A stretch of DNA of 64,000 nt from an uncultured Candidatus Saccharibacteria bacterium (GTDB taxonomy: Bacteria > Patescibacteriota > Dojkabacteria > SC72). The stretch is taken from assembly GCA_964480345.1 (NCBI GenBank), contig CAYZNW010000002.1, positions 64,524 through 128,523 on the forward strand, written 5' to 3'. Position numbers and translations under genes: made by a program. Positions within the stretch are counted from its first letter, which is position 1. Every line of letters starts with the position of its first letter. The notes beneath the pieces are model-generated. The model was not told the origin of the DNA. It did no database searches and saw only the letters and a program-made list of their open reading frames with translations. Positions 18,096-26,968 of the stretch are shown here, in pieces.

Positions 18096-19394
18096 TTAAG
18101 GCAGTAAAGACTTAAACCATTCACCTATCTTACCAAAAAAACCACCAATATCAACCTTACTCTTCTCGTTACCTGTACCAACTTCAACATCGTCTTCTAA
18201 AGCATGTTTAATCAAACCTTGAACACAAGAGTATGATGGATCAGATATCTCTTCTACCATACCAGTTAATCCTGAAGGAGTTCCTATTCTAGCTGCTACT
18301 CCAAACATTTCCTGTACAAATTTAGTAATATTTCTTAGTAATGATGTTCCTCCTGTTAAAACAATTCCTGCTGGCATAGCAATATCGTATCCTGCTTTTG
18401 AAACATTTTCTTTGACCATATCAAGTATCTCTTCACATCTTGCCTCTATAATTTTTTCAACCATCTCTTTAGCAACTACTTTATCTATACCTATTACATT
18501 TAGATCTATTTCTTCACTTTTAGTCTTCTTTGGTTTTGCAGGTTCTCTTCTCCTTAATAGTGCTGGAGTAGAATCTATCTCTTTTGCTCTTTCAACTTCA
18601 AACTTGTTATCAAACAAATCTGAAAGATTAAGTTTAATCTTCTCAGCATCTTCTAATGAGACTTGTAATCCAATTGCAATATCACTTGTAATATTGTTTC
18701 CACCTAGAGGAATTGATGCACTGTATACTATGGAGCCTTCTTGGAAAATAGCTATTCCTGTTGTTCCTGATCCAATATCGAGTAATGTTACTCCAAGCTC
18801 TTTTTCCGTATCTGTCAAAACTGCTAGTGATGATGCCCATGCTGTAAAGATGACATCATATACATTAGAGCCTACCTGCTCTATACATTTTTTAATATTT
18901 TGCCAGTATGAATTTGGTGCTGTAATTATATGTGTTTCTACTTCTAATCTTCCACCACTCATACCGATAGGGTATTTAATTCCTCCCTGTGCATCTACTA
19001 CAAACTCTCTAGGTATTATGTGGATAGGGTTAAGATTATCAGGTAATGAAAGAGTTCTCGCATTTTCAATAGCTCTGTATGTATCATCTATAGTAATCTC
19101 AGAGCCTGCTACTGCAACGACTCCTTTGTTGTTTAGACTCGTTACCTGCTCTCCATTAATTGAAACAAAGACATCTGAAACTGTAACACCTGCCATTCTC
19201 TCTGCTGCTGATACACTTTCTGATATAGCACTTGTGGCATCGTCTATATTAACTACAACTCCTTTTTTAATTCCTTTACTTGGATAAGAACAAACTCCAA
19301 TGACTGCAGGGTTCTTTCCATCTTCTACAGAAGTTATAACTGTAGTGATTTTCGAAGATCCTATATCTATAGCTGTTAATATTTTGCGTGCCAT
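18096..19394 (-). CDS. ftsA: Cell division protein FtsA
   Basis: Actin-fold phosphate-1 motif AIDIGSSKITTVI plus DIGSGTTGIAIF. Start set to MARKILTAIDIG (ATG comp 19392-19394) rather than the longer track ORF. Confidence 0.9.
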   Translation of the reverse strand: MARKILTAIDIGSSKITTVITSVEDGKNPAVIGVCSYPSKGIKKGVVVNIDDATSAISESVSAAERMAGVTVSDVFVSINGEQVTSLNNKGVVAVAGSEITIDDTYRAIENARTLSLPDNLNPIHIIPREFVVDAQGGIKYPIGMSGGRLEVETHIITAPNSYWQNIKKCIEQVGSNVYDVIFTAWASSLAVLTDTEKELGVTLLDIGSGTTGIAIFQEGSIVYSASIPLGGNNITSDIAIGLQVSLEDAEKIKLNLSDLFDNKFEVERAKEIDSTPALLRRREPAKPKKTKSEEIDLNVIGIDKVVAKEMVEKIIEARCEEILDMVKENVSKAGYDIAMPAGIVLTGGTSLLRNITKFVQEMFGVAARIGTPSGLTGMVEEISDPSYSCVQGLIKHALEDDVEVGTGNEKSKVDIGGFFGKIGEWFKSLLP

Positions 19395-19501
19395 ATTTTT
19401 ATTAGGGACAGTAATTTTACTTAATTTATTATATATTAAGAACAAGTTTTTACAAGATTTCTACTCTAATATAGTAAAATTTATCTATTTAATCAAGAAT
19501 A

Positions 19502-20320
19502 TTACCTTATTTTCATCACAGGTCTCTCAAAACGCATATCTAGAGAGTCAAAATTAGTATTGTCTCTCTTAATTCTAGCCATCACTAAATAAAATGCTTC
19601 CAACTGAGTATTAATACCCTCACCAATAGAAAATATGATCTTCCTACTATCTATATCAAATACTGTAACTATATTTTTCTCTAAACTAATACTACTTATC
19701 TGAATATCAAAAAGTTTTATCATCTTACTGATATTCTTAATATCATCCATTGCTAATAATCTGCTTTTCTTCTCTTCCTCTATGATATCTACATCTAAAG
19801 CTTTTAACATATATTTCTTGCTCTCCTTTGCGTACTCTACACAACAGTTTTCTTCTGTAGAGTCTTTACACAATTCTTCAAGAACTATTCCAGAGGATGA
19901 TAGCAAATGACATTTGTTTCCTTTGGTTAAAGCTACTAGTTCTGGAGAGTACTCTTTAAGTAGAACTGTTACTGTATTTGGAATATTTTTCTGGATTTGA
20001 ACAGTATCAATATATGAGATATTTTTTGTAAGTTCCTCTTCTAAATTTTTTATATATATTGTAAAGAAATTCTTTCCTACTACATTCCCTTTAATATACT
20101 GCTCTACCATATTAACCACTTTAGGATCTAGTTCACTTCCGTTGTATGAGTATATATTGTATTTCTGAATATTCCAGAAGCCCAATAGGTACGAAAGAAA
20201 GAAAATGAAAAGAAGAGTAAAGAGGATAATATTTTTCTTTAAGAAGACAATAGGTTTAAATCGAGATATTCTTTCTTTGAGAAAGCTTTTAGGTTTTTTC
20301 TGTATGGGTATATCTGTCAT
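19502..20320 (-). CDS. ftsQ: FtsQ/DivIB-like cell division protein
   Basis: Single N-terminal TM helix followed by a POTRA-like/beta-rich extracytoplasmic domain; positioned immediately upstream of ftsA as in dcw clusters. Confidence 0.5.
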   Translation of the reverse strand: MTDIPIQKKPKSFLKERISRFKPIVFLKKNIILFTLLFIFFLSYLLGFWNIQKYNIYSYNGSELDPKVVNMVEQYIKGNVVGKNFFTIYIKNLEEELTKNISYIDTVQIQKNIPNTVTVLLKEYSPELVALTKGNKCHLLSSSGIVLEELCKDSTEENCCVEYAKESKKYMLKALDVDIIEEEKKSRLLAMDDIKNISKMIKLFDIQISSISLEKNIVTVFDIDSRKIIFSIGEGINTQLEAFYLVMARIKRDNTNFDSLDMRFERPVMKIR

Positions 20321-20346
20321 ACTGTATGTTTTTGAATAACTAATAC

Positions 20347-22683
20347 CTATTTTTCACCGTTTAACAACTCTTGCAATGTCTTCTTGCTGTCTTCGTTATT
20401 TCTCTCATTTAATTTTCCTTCAGCTTTAAGTCTTTCGAACTGATCACCTCCAAATACATTTTTGGTAACCTCTTCTGTGGCTCCACGAGCTATTGGTATA
20501 TTGAAAGTAAATGTACTACCTTTACCTAACTCACTTGTTACTTTCATCTCACCACCGTGTGCTTTAACTAATCCGTAAACTACATAAAGACCTAACCCTG
20601 TCCCACCTGGTCTAACTAATTGTGCTGAGCCGTTATCTTCAGATATGTATTGATCTGTTCTAAAGAATTTAGTACCTAGTTTCGGAATGTTTTCTTCTGC
20701 AATACCTTTTCCAGTATCGGTTACTGAAACAAATACATTTTGATCATCATAGGTTACAGATACTGTCACAGAACCTACATCTGTATATTTAACAGCATTG
20801 TTTATCAGGTTATCAACAATCTCCTGTACTCTTCCCTTGTCTGCTAGGACATATGGAAATTCTTTTGGATTCTCTGGAGTATTAAACAGTAATGAGATTC
20901 CTTTGAGGTCTGCTTTCTTTCTCTGCCCCTCTATACCTAGTTCTATTGTATTTAATATATCAACAGGGGTCTTAAACAGTTCTAATTTCTCACCTTCTAA
21001 TTTCGCAGATACAAGTAAAACATTAATGATTCTAATTTCGTTTTCAATACTTTCCCTAATTCTTTTTGTATATATATCAAACTCATGGAAATGTTTGATT
21101 TCGGCTTCTTCTAATACTGTCTTCTCTTTCCAATTACCAAGCATCTCGACATTTATCTTAACAACAGTAGCGGGAGTTCTTAATTCATGACCCATGATAT
21201 CAATCATATTGCTTTCTTTCTTTCTAGCTTCTTCTAACTCTTTGAATTTTTTCATTAAATCTTCAGTAGCTTTGTTAATTCTTACCTGTAATGTTTCATT
21301 AAAACTTAACACCTCTTGATGCAAGTGAGCTCTTTGTAATGCGACTGATACAAGTAATGCTATGGAGTGAATATAGTCAATATCTTGAATAGAGTAGTTG
21401 CTTGAGTCTTTTTTGTCTCCCATGAAAATATATACTTTCCAATCCATATTTTGAGTAATGTTAATTGGAAATAGACACTGCACTTTTAGTGAAGACAACA
21501 TATTGGTAATCTCATAATCACCTCCCTCTAAATACAGTGATTCATCACGCAGAACTGGATTGTCCAATTTATTCAATATTCCTACATACTCATCATTTAC
21601 CTCATATGTATTAAGAGCTTGGAAATTTTTCATAATTTCACCAGAAGCAACAACTACAATGCCTGTCTTTACTGAGAAAACTCGCTGTAACAGATTCTTG
21701 CTCTCTTCTAAAACCTTGTATGTATCTAGTAAAGTATCAAGATTTTGCATTAACTTAGATTTCTCTTCTTCAGGATCAATACTAGATCCGTAGAATATCT
21801 TCTTAATGAATCCTTCTATACCTTTTGAAGTATACATATATACAAAAAGAAAGATCAGAGCATAGAAATATCCTGATATTAATGCTCCAGTAGCATATAC
21901 ACTCCCCCAAGTAACAGTTTGCAAATATACTAAGAGATGAAATATTGCATACGGAACTAATGCTAGTAACAGTGTGTACAGGAATTTACTAATGAGAAGT
22001 TTAGTACTCAAAAATCGATACCTAATTATTGAGTAGTATGTACCGAATATGAAGAATGACAAACCTAGCGGTCCTAATGAACGAATTTCTTTAAAACCAA
22101 GTATCGGTAGAACTAAGTTAGTTACAAATGTGAAGACAATGGATATCACAGAACCAACAAGTATATACAACATCTGCGTCTTTTTAACTTTGTTCTGTTC
22201 TTTTCTGTAAGCTAAAAAGAAGATTGTTACGGAAATTAGAAACAGTACTCCTGTAAATATACTGAAATACAGATGCATACTGCCTGGCTCCGATTTAAGA
22301 GCATTATCAACAATAGATACACTCTTAACTATCCTATCTGTAAATGTCATTACTACGAAAAACGCAGTTACTATACCCCATATCCACTTAGTAATATTCG
22401 AAGAAGATCCATTTTGATATTTCTTTACAAAAAAGTAGTAACTGTAAGCTATTAATGCTGATGAAGTAAAGGATAGCCTAGATGTCCAAAGGGAGAACTG
22501 TAAAGATTCATAGAAGATATCGGTTAACAGAATAGTTACAACCCAGAATATGATCCAGAAAACCATAAAAGCGAAAGTTCGCCTTTGAATAGAGCTTGAG
22601 TCTTCGTTACTAGATAAGACCCCAAACAAAATATATGAACAGAGGAATAGAATTATTGTTAATAGTAGTACTTCTATAATCAT
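20347..22683 (-). CDS. Sensor histidine kinase with about 10-TM N-terminal domain and GAF-like middle domain; no adjacent response regulator
   Basis: H-box IDIMGHELRTPATVV, N-box LINNAVKYT, and G-boxes DTGKGI / GGTGLGLYVVYGLVKAHGGEM / GKGSTFTF. N-terminal 300 aa are polytopic membrane. Confidence 0.85.
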   Translation of the reverse strand: MIIEVLLLTIILFLCSYILFGVLSSNEDSSSIQRRTFAFMVFWIIFWVVTILLTDIFYESLQFSLWTSRLSFTSSALIAYSYYFFVKKYQNGSSSNITKWIWGIVTAFFVVMTFTDRIVKSVSIVDNALKSEPGSMHLYFSIFTGVLFLISVTIFFLAYRKEQNKVKKTQMLYILVGSVISIVFTFVTNLVLPILGFKEIRSLGPLGLSFFIFGTYYSIIRYRFLSTKLLISKFLYTLLLALVPYAIFHLLVYLQTVTWGSVYATGALISGYFYALIFLFVYMYTSKGIEGFIKKIFYGSSIDPEEEKSKLMQNLDTLLDTYKVLEESKNLLQRVFSVKTGIVVVASGEIMKNFQALNTYEVNDEYVGILNKLDNPVLRDESLYLEGGDYEITNMLSSLKVQCLFPINITQNMDWKVYIFMGDKKDSSNYSIQDIDYIHSIALLVSVALQRAHLHQEVLSFNETLQVRINKATEDLMKKFKELEEARKKESNMIDIMGHELRTPATVVKINVEMLGNWKEKTVLEEAEIKHFHEFDIYTKRIRESIENEIRIINVLLVSAKLEGEKLELFKTPVDILNTIELGIEGQRKKADLKGISLLFNTPENPKEFPYVLADKGRVQEIVDNLINNAVKYTDVGSVTVSVTYDDQNVFVSVTDTGKGIAEENIPKLGTKFFRTDQYISEDNGSAQLVRPGGTGLGLYVVYGLVKAHGGEMKVTSELGKGSTFTFNIPIARGATEEVTKNVFGGDQFERLKAEGKLNERNNEDSKKTLQELLNGEK

Positions 22684-23957
22684 ACTTTTCTATATCTATT
22701 ATATACAAATTTCAAAACTTCACCAGCAGGATCAGAGTATCGTTCATTAAGCCTTAATGAGTACTCCTGAGCATTTCTTGCATAACTTTTATCTTTCATT
22801 AATACTTTAACAGCCTGAACCATCTTTTCTGGAATTTTGTTATCTACAAACTGATAGCTTTCTCTTTTAGAAAAACCTAGAAGACTAGTTTTATTTACAT
22901 TTATACCTACCTTCATCTCTTCTAGACGATTGGCAAAATATGCCTGATCTATGCCCACTGGAAATGCTACAACAGGTTTACCGTATGACAAAGCTTGCAT
23001 AATAGCTCCCTGAGATCCAGTATTAACTATAATATCTGAAAGTTTAGACAGTCTTAAACCTGGTACAAAATTTCTAATAATTAGATCATCCCTATCTTCA
23101 GGAAATTCATCTCTTTTGAAGTTTGGTCCTAGAGCAACTATTTTTTTAGCTTTAATCTTCTCCAAACCATCTAATATTCTGTAATACACATCTTTACTAA
23201 ACACACTTCCACCAAAAGTAACAAACAGTAGATGATCATCACCTTTAAACTTTAAGATGGCTTCCTCTGTTAAATCTCCATCTATTTTCTCAAAGCCTTC
23301 CCAGAATAGTGGACCTATGAATTTAGTTGTATCATTTAAATATAGTTGAGGTTCAAACTCTTCATCACCAGGGATCAGTATACTCATTTTACTGTAAAGA
23401 TCTGCACGGTTTTTGATATCATCATGTTCTATTCCAATGATTCGATAGGCATCTAATACCTCTGAGAGATACTTTTTAAGAAATTCGTAATCAAAGATGG
23501 GGCGAAGAACAGTTCTTAATATTCTACTTCTTAAAGAATCATCACAAAGACATATTCCCATCAATCCTTTTGTAGAAGGAGTATACTGACCGTTCATTAA
23601 TGCGACTGTTGGTATACCAGTAGCGTATGTAACATGAGGACCGAAAAGTGAAGAGCAACCTATGACAACATCAGCTTTAACTTCCAAAGCAGCTTCAATA
23701 TCTGCCTTAAACCACTCAACCATCTCTTTTTTGTGAGAAGCAAGATAGTTGACAGACTGGTCTTTTTCATCGTTAAGATTAAACGACGAGTATGATCGTA
23801 CTACCTTGTAACCTTCTTTTTCAATGAAATCTTTCTTTAAGGTACAAGATGTGAAGAATACTTCATCTCCATTTTCTACAAATCTTTCGGCTAATGCAAA
23901 ACTTCTAATGATATGGGCGATGGAGCTACTAGTAAGAGGAGTAAAAAGAATCTTCAT
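22680..23957 (-). CDS. GT-B fold glycosyltransferase (GT1/GT28 superfamily; possibly MurG-like given dcw context)
   Basis: C-terminal donor-binding region GSQGAIMQALSYGKPVVAFPVGIDQAYFANRL resembles the UDP-glycosyltransferase/MurG signature. The N-terminal half lacks the classic MurG GGTGGH. Confidence 0.6.
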   Translation of the reverse strand: MKILFTPLTSSSIAHIIRSFALAERFVENGDEVFFTSCTLKKDFIEKEGYKVVRSYSSFNLNDEKDQSVNYLASHKKEMVEWFKADIEAALEVKADVVIGCSSLFGPHVTYATGIPTVALMNGQYTPSTKGLMGICLCDDSLRSRILRTVLRPIFDYEFLKKYLSEVLDAYRIIGIEHDDIKNRADLYSKMSILIPGDEEFEPQLYLNDTTKFIGPLFWEGFEKIDGDLTEEAILKFKGDDHLLFVTFGGSVFSKDVYYRILDGLEKIKAKKIVALGPNFKRDEFPEDRDDLIIRNFVPGLRLSKLSDIIVNTGSQGAIMQALSYGKPVVAFPVGIDQAYFANRLEEMKVGINVNKTSLLGFSKRESYQFVDNKIPEKMVQAVKVLMKDKSYARNAQEYSLRLNERYSDPAGEVLKFVYNRYRKV

Positions 23958-24117
23958 GATTGTGGGCTTTTAATTAAAGATTAACAACAACTCATGAAAT
24001 GTAACATTTTCGGAAGAGGTTGTAAACAGGTCCGTCCTAGGTCGGACCTAGGTCTGACCTCTTTTGTAAACGAAAGAAAAGAAGGAAAGAAAGAATAACG
24101 ATTGAGAAACTGCTTGG

Positions 24118-24191
24118 AGCGAGAGACGGGGTTCGAACCCGCGACCTACACATTGGCAATGTGTCGTTCTAGCCAACTGAACTACTCTCGC
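24118..24191 (-). tRNA. tRNA-Gly (anticodon GCC)
   Basis: Reverse complement folds: acceptor GCGAGAG/CTCTCGC, anticodon stem ACACA/TGTGT with loop TTGCCAA, T-arm GCGGGTTCGAACCCCGT. CCA is encoded (TGG on + at 24115-24117). Confidence 0.85.
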
Positions 24192-24194
24192 ATA

Positions 24195-24267
24195 TGCCGA
24201 GACCCAGGATCGAACTGGGGACCCTCTGTTCTTCAGACAGATGCTCTACCAACTGAGCTATCTCGGC
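24195..24267 (-). tRNA. tRNA-Phe (anticodon GAA)
   Basis: Reverse complement: acceptor GCCGAGA/TCTCGGC, D-arm TAGCTCAGTTGGTAGAGC, anticodon stem TCTGT/ACAGA with loop CTGAAGA, T-arm CCAGTTCGATCCTGG. Confidence 0.85.
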
Positions 24268-24291
24268 ATAGGTCACAACGAGAAAATAATA

Positions 24292-25434
24292 TCAAATATA
24301 CACTCCTTTATCAACCAACACCCTCTTAATCTCTTCTTTAAAACTCTCTCTTGTATTGTAATTTCTTAATGAACTCTTTACTTTAGAATACTCCCATTTA
24401 TAATTCCTAAACCTTTCAAATATCTCATCAAAGGTATCTTTTTCAAAAAACATGCCGGACACACCATCTACAACAGTCTCCAAACAACCGCCACTATCAA
24501 AAGCTAAAACAGGGGTGCCACATGACAAAGCCTCCACTACAAAAATACCGTAATCTTCAATACCCGGCATAATATACCCAGATGCATTAGACAAGATGCT
24601 CCATTTCTCTTCCTCTGACACCCACCCCAATATCTCAATATTCTCATACTTAGAATACTTCTTTCTTAAACTGCTCAACATATTCCCTGTTCCTATTACT
24701 TTCAACTTGAAACCTAACTCCTTAGCCTTCTCAAGTAGAAAATCTCCCCTCTTGTTCTTCTCAAAAGGAGCTCCAGAAACAAAATACTCCTCTCTCTTCT
24801 TAACAAGAGCTCCTGTATATAAATTAGTAGGAGGATAGATTACTTCAACATGCTTTTTCCAATACTTCCACACTCTTTTCTTAATATAGTGAGAATTTGC
24901 AATTAAAACATCAGCTCTGTTAGAAGCAGTTACATCCCATATCCTTGCAAAATAGAAAGGAATCTTACTAAAGAAAGACACAAACGAGGAGTGACTACCA
25001 TCCCCATTTCCAAAATACTTCCTATTTAAATCCCAAATATATCTCATTGGAGAGTGAATATATGCTAAATGAAAACAATCTAAAGGTGTAATGACTCCAT
25101 GAGCAACCGAAGATGATGAAGATATCACTAAATCATAGTTAGAGAAATCAAATTTCTCTATTTCTTTAATCCATTTAGAAAAAGTATATTGATAATATTT
25201 TCTAACAAAAGGCAACCTATTTAAGTTAGAGTAAAAGAGCTTATGTTTACATATCTCCTCAGAGAGATTCTCTCTCTTTCTCTTCTCATCACCCCATCCA
25301 AAAAGAGCATAAATATCGGCATTAGGAAACATTTCACAAAAGCAATCTAACACCCTATTTGCTCCTCCCATCTTCCATAGGTGTTCCGTAACAATAGCTA
25401 CTTTGAAATTATCACTGTTTTTTTTCTTCGTCAT
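24292..25434 (-). CDS. GT4-family glycosyltransferase
   Basis: C-terminal GT4 motif EDYGIFVVEALSCGTPVLAFDSGGCLETVVDGVSG (the EX7E-type region); about 380 aa, RfaB-like. Confidence 0.8.
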   Translation of the reverse strand: MTKKKNSDNFKVAIVTEHLWKMGGANRVLDCFCEMFPNADIYALFGWGDEKRKRENLSEEICKHKLFYSNLNRLPFVRKYYQYTFSKWIKEIEKFDFSNYDLVISSSSSVAHGVITPLDCFHLAYIHSPMRYIWDLNRKYFGNGDGSHSSFVSFFSKIPFYFARIWDVTASNRADVLIANSHYIKKRVWKYWKKHVEVIYPPTNLYTGALVKKREEYFVSGAPFEKNKRGDFLLEKAKELGFKLKVIGTGNMLSSLRKKYSKYENIEILGWVSEEEKWSILSNASGYIMPGIEDYGIFVVEALSCGTPVLAFDSGGCLETVVDGVSGMFFEKDTFDEIFERFRNYKWEYSKVKSSLRNYNTRESFKEEIKRVLVDKGVYI

Positions 25435-26146
25435 ATATAACTACAGTACCTTTTCTTCTATTAAATGACCTTGGCTTTGTAAATACCATAAATCCACCAA
25501 ACAAAATCAGAGCAATGCCTGTAAACAAAATATATTTATCTATTGGGATAGCAGTATTAATATTTGAATGATCAAGTTGAGTAACATTCCCTATTTTAAA
25601 TACTGCACTACTCGGTTTAGTTACGAGAATATTTGTATTAGCAGGAGATCCATCTAAAATCATTACTGTCTCAAAAACTCCATTGTTTGTTTCGTACTCC
25701 CAATCCAAAACCGTATCTGCTTGTTTCAATGCTTTGAAATGTAGCCTAGCAAAGACATCAGCTCCACCAGTAGTTGCATACTCGTTACCACTACCACTTT
25801 GGCTAAAACCTTGTAACATCACAACTCCATTATCGTTGTCTACCGTACTTTCATCCTCTGGCCACTGAGCAAACAGTGAGTTATTCTTCTCTACTTTTGT
25901 TAATTGAATCTCTCTTGGATCAAACAGAACTGTGAATTTTGCAGAGAGTATCTGCTCTCCTCCAGTATCAATCATTACATCTACTATGAATCCCTGCGAT
26001 GCATTCACCACAACACCTCCATTAGGATAGAACGAAAAAGATGGAGAGGCTGCAGATATTTCTGATAGAGGTATTAGAAGAAAGAGAAACAGTACCATTA
26101 AAATTTTGAGAAGACCTTTGACTATCATCCTATTTAATATTAGCAT
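25412..26146 (-). CDS. Hypothetical membrane-anchored surface protein (weak cohesin-like beta-sandwich resemblance)
   Basis: N-terminal signal/TM segment, beta-rich middle (SFYPNGGVVVNASQGFIVDVMIDTGGEQILSAKFTVLFDP), C-terminal TM + basic tail (LFGGFMVFTKPRSFNRRKG). Confidence 0.35.
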   Translation of the reverse strand: MLILNRMIVKGLLKILMVLFLFLLIPLSEISAASPSFSFYPNGGVVVNASQGFIVDVMIDTGGEQILSAKFTVLFDPREIQLTKVEKNNSLFAQWPEDESTVDNDNGVVMLQGFSQSGSGNEYATTGGADVFARLHFKALKQADTVLDWEYETNNGVFETVMILDGSPANTNILVTKPSSAVFKIGNVTQLDHSNINTAIPIDKYILFTGIALILFGGFMVFTKPRSFNRRKGTVVIYDEEKKQ

Positions 26147-26176
26147 AATTATATTTAATTCAGGATAGCAAATAAT

Positions 26177-26968
26177 ATGGAAACTTTAAAGATTATATTT
26201 CTCAGCACAGTGCAAGGAGTTACAGAACTCCTCCCTGTATCAAGTTCCGCTCATCTTCTACTTCTTGGCAAAGTTTTTGAAATAGATATGTCTTCAACTC
26301 TACTTGTACTTTTTCATCTTGGTACTACTTTGGCTATTTTGATATTTTTCTGGAAAAAGATTTTTAAAGATTTTCTAACTAGAGACAGATGGAACTTCTA
26401 CTTCAAAGTCGTTGTTTCAAGTATCCCCGCAGCGATAGTAGGCTTCTTCTTTGAAGAAATCATCTCAGAGAAGCTACGAGCTACTTGGATAATATCTGTT
26501 TCATTAATCGTATGGGGAATAGTTATGATATTAATAGAGAGACGGAAGAGTAAAGTTACAAAACCAGTAACAGAAGATGTACAGAGTATTACATGGAAGC
26601 AAGCTGGTATAGTTGGGGTAGCTCAAGTCTTAGCCCTAATACCAGGAACTTCCAGATCAGGCATTTCTACCATTGCTGGAATTTTGACAGGTATGGAGAA
26701 ATATACTGCTTTGGAGTATTCATTTCTCATAGGTCTTCCTGTGCTGTTTGGTAGTTTCCTTTGGGGAGTACTAAAAGGTTCACCGTTAAGCGAGATATCA
26801 CACAATCAGTTAGATGCGTTAATAATTGTAGGAGTAACTTTCGTTGTTGGAGTAATATCATTGCAAATTCTTAAACATAACAAGAAGAAGAATTGGTTAA
26901 CAGTATTTGGAATATATAGGATTGTTGTAGGAGTAGCTATCTTAATCAGTACTTACCTTCTTAAATAA
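26177..26968 (+). CDS. uppP: Undecaprenyl-diphosphatase
   Basis: BacA/UppP motifs ELLPVSSSAHL and PGTSRSGISTIAG; polytopic membrane protein of about 260 aa. Confidence 0.85.
   Translation: METLKIIFLSTVQGVTELLPVSSSAHLLLLGKVFEIDMSSTLLVLFHLGTTLAILIFFWKKIFKDFLTRDRWNFYFKVVVSSIPAAIVGFFFEEIISEKLRATWIISVSLIVWGIVMILIERRKSKVTKPVTEDVQSITWKQAGIVGVAQVLALIPGTSRSGISTIAGILTGMEKYTALEYSFLIGLPVLFGSFLWGVLKGSPLSEISHNQLDALIIVGVTFVVGVISLQILKHNKKKNWLTVFGIYRIVVGVAILISTYLLK

Noticed and set aside
18412-19287. 291-aa plus-strand ORF
   Set aside because: Antisense to ftsA. Ser/Ile/Leu-rich low-complexity product typical of a shadow ORF in an AT-rich genome.
24102-24329. 75-aa plus-strand ORF in the track
   Set aside because: It lies entirely across the complements of tRNA-Gly(GCC) and tRNA-Phe(GAA). 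The amino acid sequence is just tRNA read in a protein frame.
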